Of a stretch of DNA of 64,000 bases, positions 63,251 to 64,000 are shown piece by piece. A program made the position numbers and the translations under genes. The DNA is from an uncultured Gemmatimonadales bacterium (GTDB lineage Bacteria > Gemmatimonadota > Gemmatimonadetes > Gemmatimonadales > GWC2-71-9). The stretch is taken from assembly GCA_963771275.1 (NCBI GenBank), contig CAVYSW010000003.1, positions 482,655 to 546,654 of the forward strand, read 5' to 3'. Numbering within the stretch: the stretch's first letter is position 1; each line of letters begins with the position of its first letter. The notes beneath the pieces were generated by a model. That model was not told the origin of the DNA. It worked only from the letters and a program-made list of their open reading frames with translations, and searched no databases.

Positions 63251-63805
63251 ATGCAGTGGCGCAGGTGGAACAACGTCGTCCACCGGGACCTCGGGTATCT
63301 CTGTGTCGGACTGACGCTGGTCTATGTCGTCTCCGGCGTCGCCGTGAACCACATCGGCGACTGGAACCCCAACTACCGGATCGAGCGGCGCACGGCGGAA
63401 ATCGGCCCGTACGACGACACCAACCTCGACAGTCCCGCCGCGGTGGGGGAGATTCTCGCCAGGCTCGGCCTCGCCCCCGGGTATCGTACGACGTTCCGGC
63501 CCGACACGGCCACGCTGCGGATCTTCCTCGAGGACGGCACGGCGGATGTGGATCTCGCCACCGGCCACGCGACGGTGGAGATCGTGCGCTCGCGCTCGCT
63601 GATCCGCGCGGCCAACGTCCTGCACCTCAACATCCCGAAGCGGCTGTGGACCTGGATGGCCGATCTCTACGCCGTCTCGCTCGGCCTGCTCGCGGTGACC
63701 GGGCTGTTCGTACTCAAGGGCAAGAAGGGGATCACGGGGCGCGGCGCCTGGCTCACGGCGATCGGGGTGGCGCTCCCGCTGCTGGTTCTCTGGCTGTACC
63801 GCTGA
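63251..63805 (+). CDS. PepSY-associated TM-helix family membrane protein
   Basis: 184 aa from ATG 63251. WRRWNNVVHRDLGYLCVGLTLVYVVSGVAVNH...LHLNIPKRLWTWMADLYAVSLGLLAVTGLFVLKG. Confidence 0.65.
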   Translation: MQWRRWNNVVHRDLGYLCVGLTLVYVVSGVAVNHIGDWNPNYRIERRTAEIGPYDDTNLDSPAAVGEILARLGLAPGYRTTFRPDTATLRIFLEDGTADVDLATGHATVEIVRSRSLIRAANVLHLNIPKRLWTWMADLYAVSLGLLAVTGLFVLKGKKGITGRGAWLTAIGVALPLLVLWLYR

Positions 63806-63826
63806 GCCGCCGGGCGGCGGCTCAGC
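63801..63826. terminator. Perfect 11-bp hairpin between convergent genes (candidate bidirectional terminator)
   Basis: GCTGAGCCGCC-gggc-GGCGGCTCAGC. The left arm contains the + strand TGA (63803-63805) and the right arm the - strand stop (63824-63822). Confidence 0.55.
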
Positions 63827-64000
63827 GAGTCACGCGCATGGCCGGTGATCCCGCCAGCAGCACGAGCGCCGCAACCACGGTCACCAGTCCGCCCGCGACC
63901 AGCGTCGCCGCCACGCCGAAGCGCTGCGCGACGCTCCCCGCCAGCAGCGATCCCAGCGGCGCCATCCCGACGAACGAGAACGTGTAGGCGGCGACCACCC
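63822..64000 (-). CDS. MFS-type transporter, C-terminal end (5' part outside window)
   Basis: Reverse translation reads ...VVAAYTFSFVGMAPLGSLLAGSVAQRFGVAATLVAGGLVTVVAALVLLAGSPAMRVTR*, which looks like the last two helices of an MFS-like permease. Confidence 0.55.
   Translation of the reverse strand, partial: VVAAYTFSFVGMAPLGSLLAGSVAQRFGVAATLVAGGLVTVVAALVLLAGSPAMRVTR

Overview
This is a 64-kb, very GC-rich (about 70% by eye), densely packed bacterial chromosomal segment. I call about 60 protein genes. I found no rRNA, tRNA, CRISPR array, transposase or integrase. Gene content points to a diderm of the FCB/Gemmatimonadota type (inference only): a PorX-type response regulator, three tandem GWxTD-domain proteins, an M14 peptidase with a T9SS-like C-terminal sorting domain, Omp85/TamB, lgt and a GT9 heptosyltransferase. 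Gene order: partial MsbA-like ABC exporter, porX, GT9, small ORF, DnaB C-terminal-domain protein | EamA, lipoprotein (-) | yebC-ruvC-ruvA-(Zn ribbon)-ruvB | 3x TPR/GWxTD | a 15-gene nearly gapless + strand array (queA-tgt-yajC-def-fmt-thiE-thiS-thiG-rsmB-PASTA-rpe-tlpA-ybbR-tsaD-lgt) | FmdB-type Zn ribbon | - strand block (cytochrome c-FTR1, acpS, M14 peptidase, membrane hypothetical, HAD, DmpA/S58 peptidase, Cys-rich miniprotein, lipid kinase, tamB, Omp85) | dacB, fprA(-), PduO-type adenosyltransferase, phzF, aroB | sigma-70 factor with a near-consensus promoter and a terminator | LON-N-domain protein-glcD-ORF-glcE-glcF-ygfZ | small lipoprotein(-), DUF1624-type acyltransferase, beta-barrel OMP(-), 722-aa hypothetical, ChlI-like AAA+ ATPase, cytidylate-kinase-like protein, DUF4920, PepSY-TM protein, partial MFS(-). 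The region looks like core genome rather than an island. The most interesting items are listed here.
- The tandem GWxTD triplication.
- A DnaB ATPase domain separated from a possible N-domain ORF.
- A kinase-less triple-PASTA protein sitting where PrkC sits in the Firmicute def-fmt-rsmB...rpe cluster.
- A peptidase gene whose conserved N-terminus has only a CTG start, in a CTGA overlap.
- A Zn-ribbon ORF wedged between ruvA and ruvB.
- tamB coupled to a lipid kinase.
- A dispersed 7-bp tandem repeat (YAGCGKG) directly after two stop codons.
The many long ORFs in the track that are antisense or out of frame relative to these genes are GC-content artefacts. All functional calls rest on motif recognition by eye; no searches were run.
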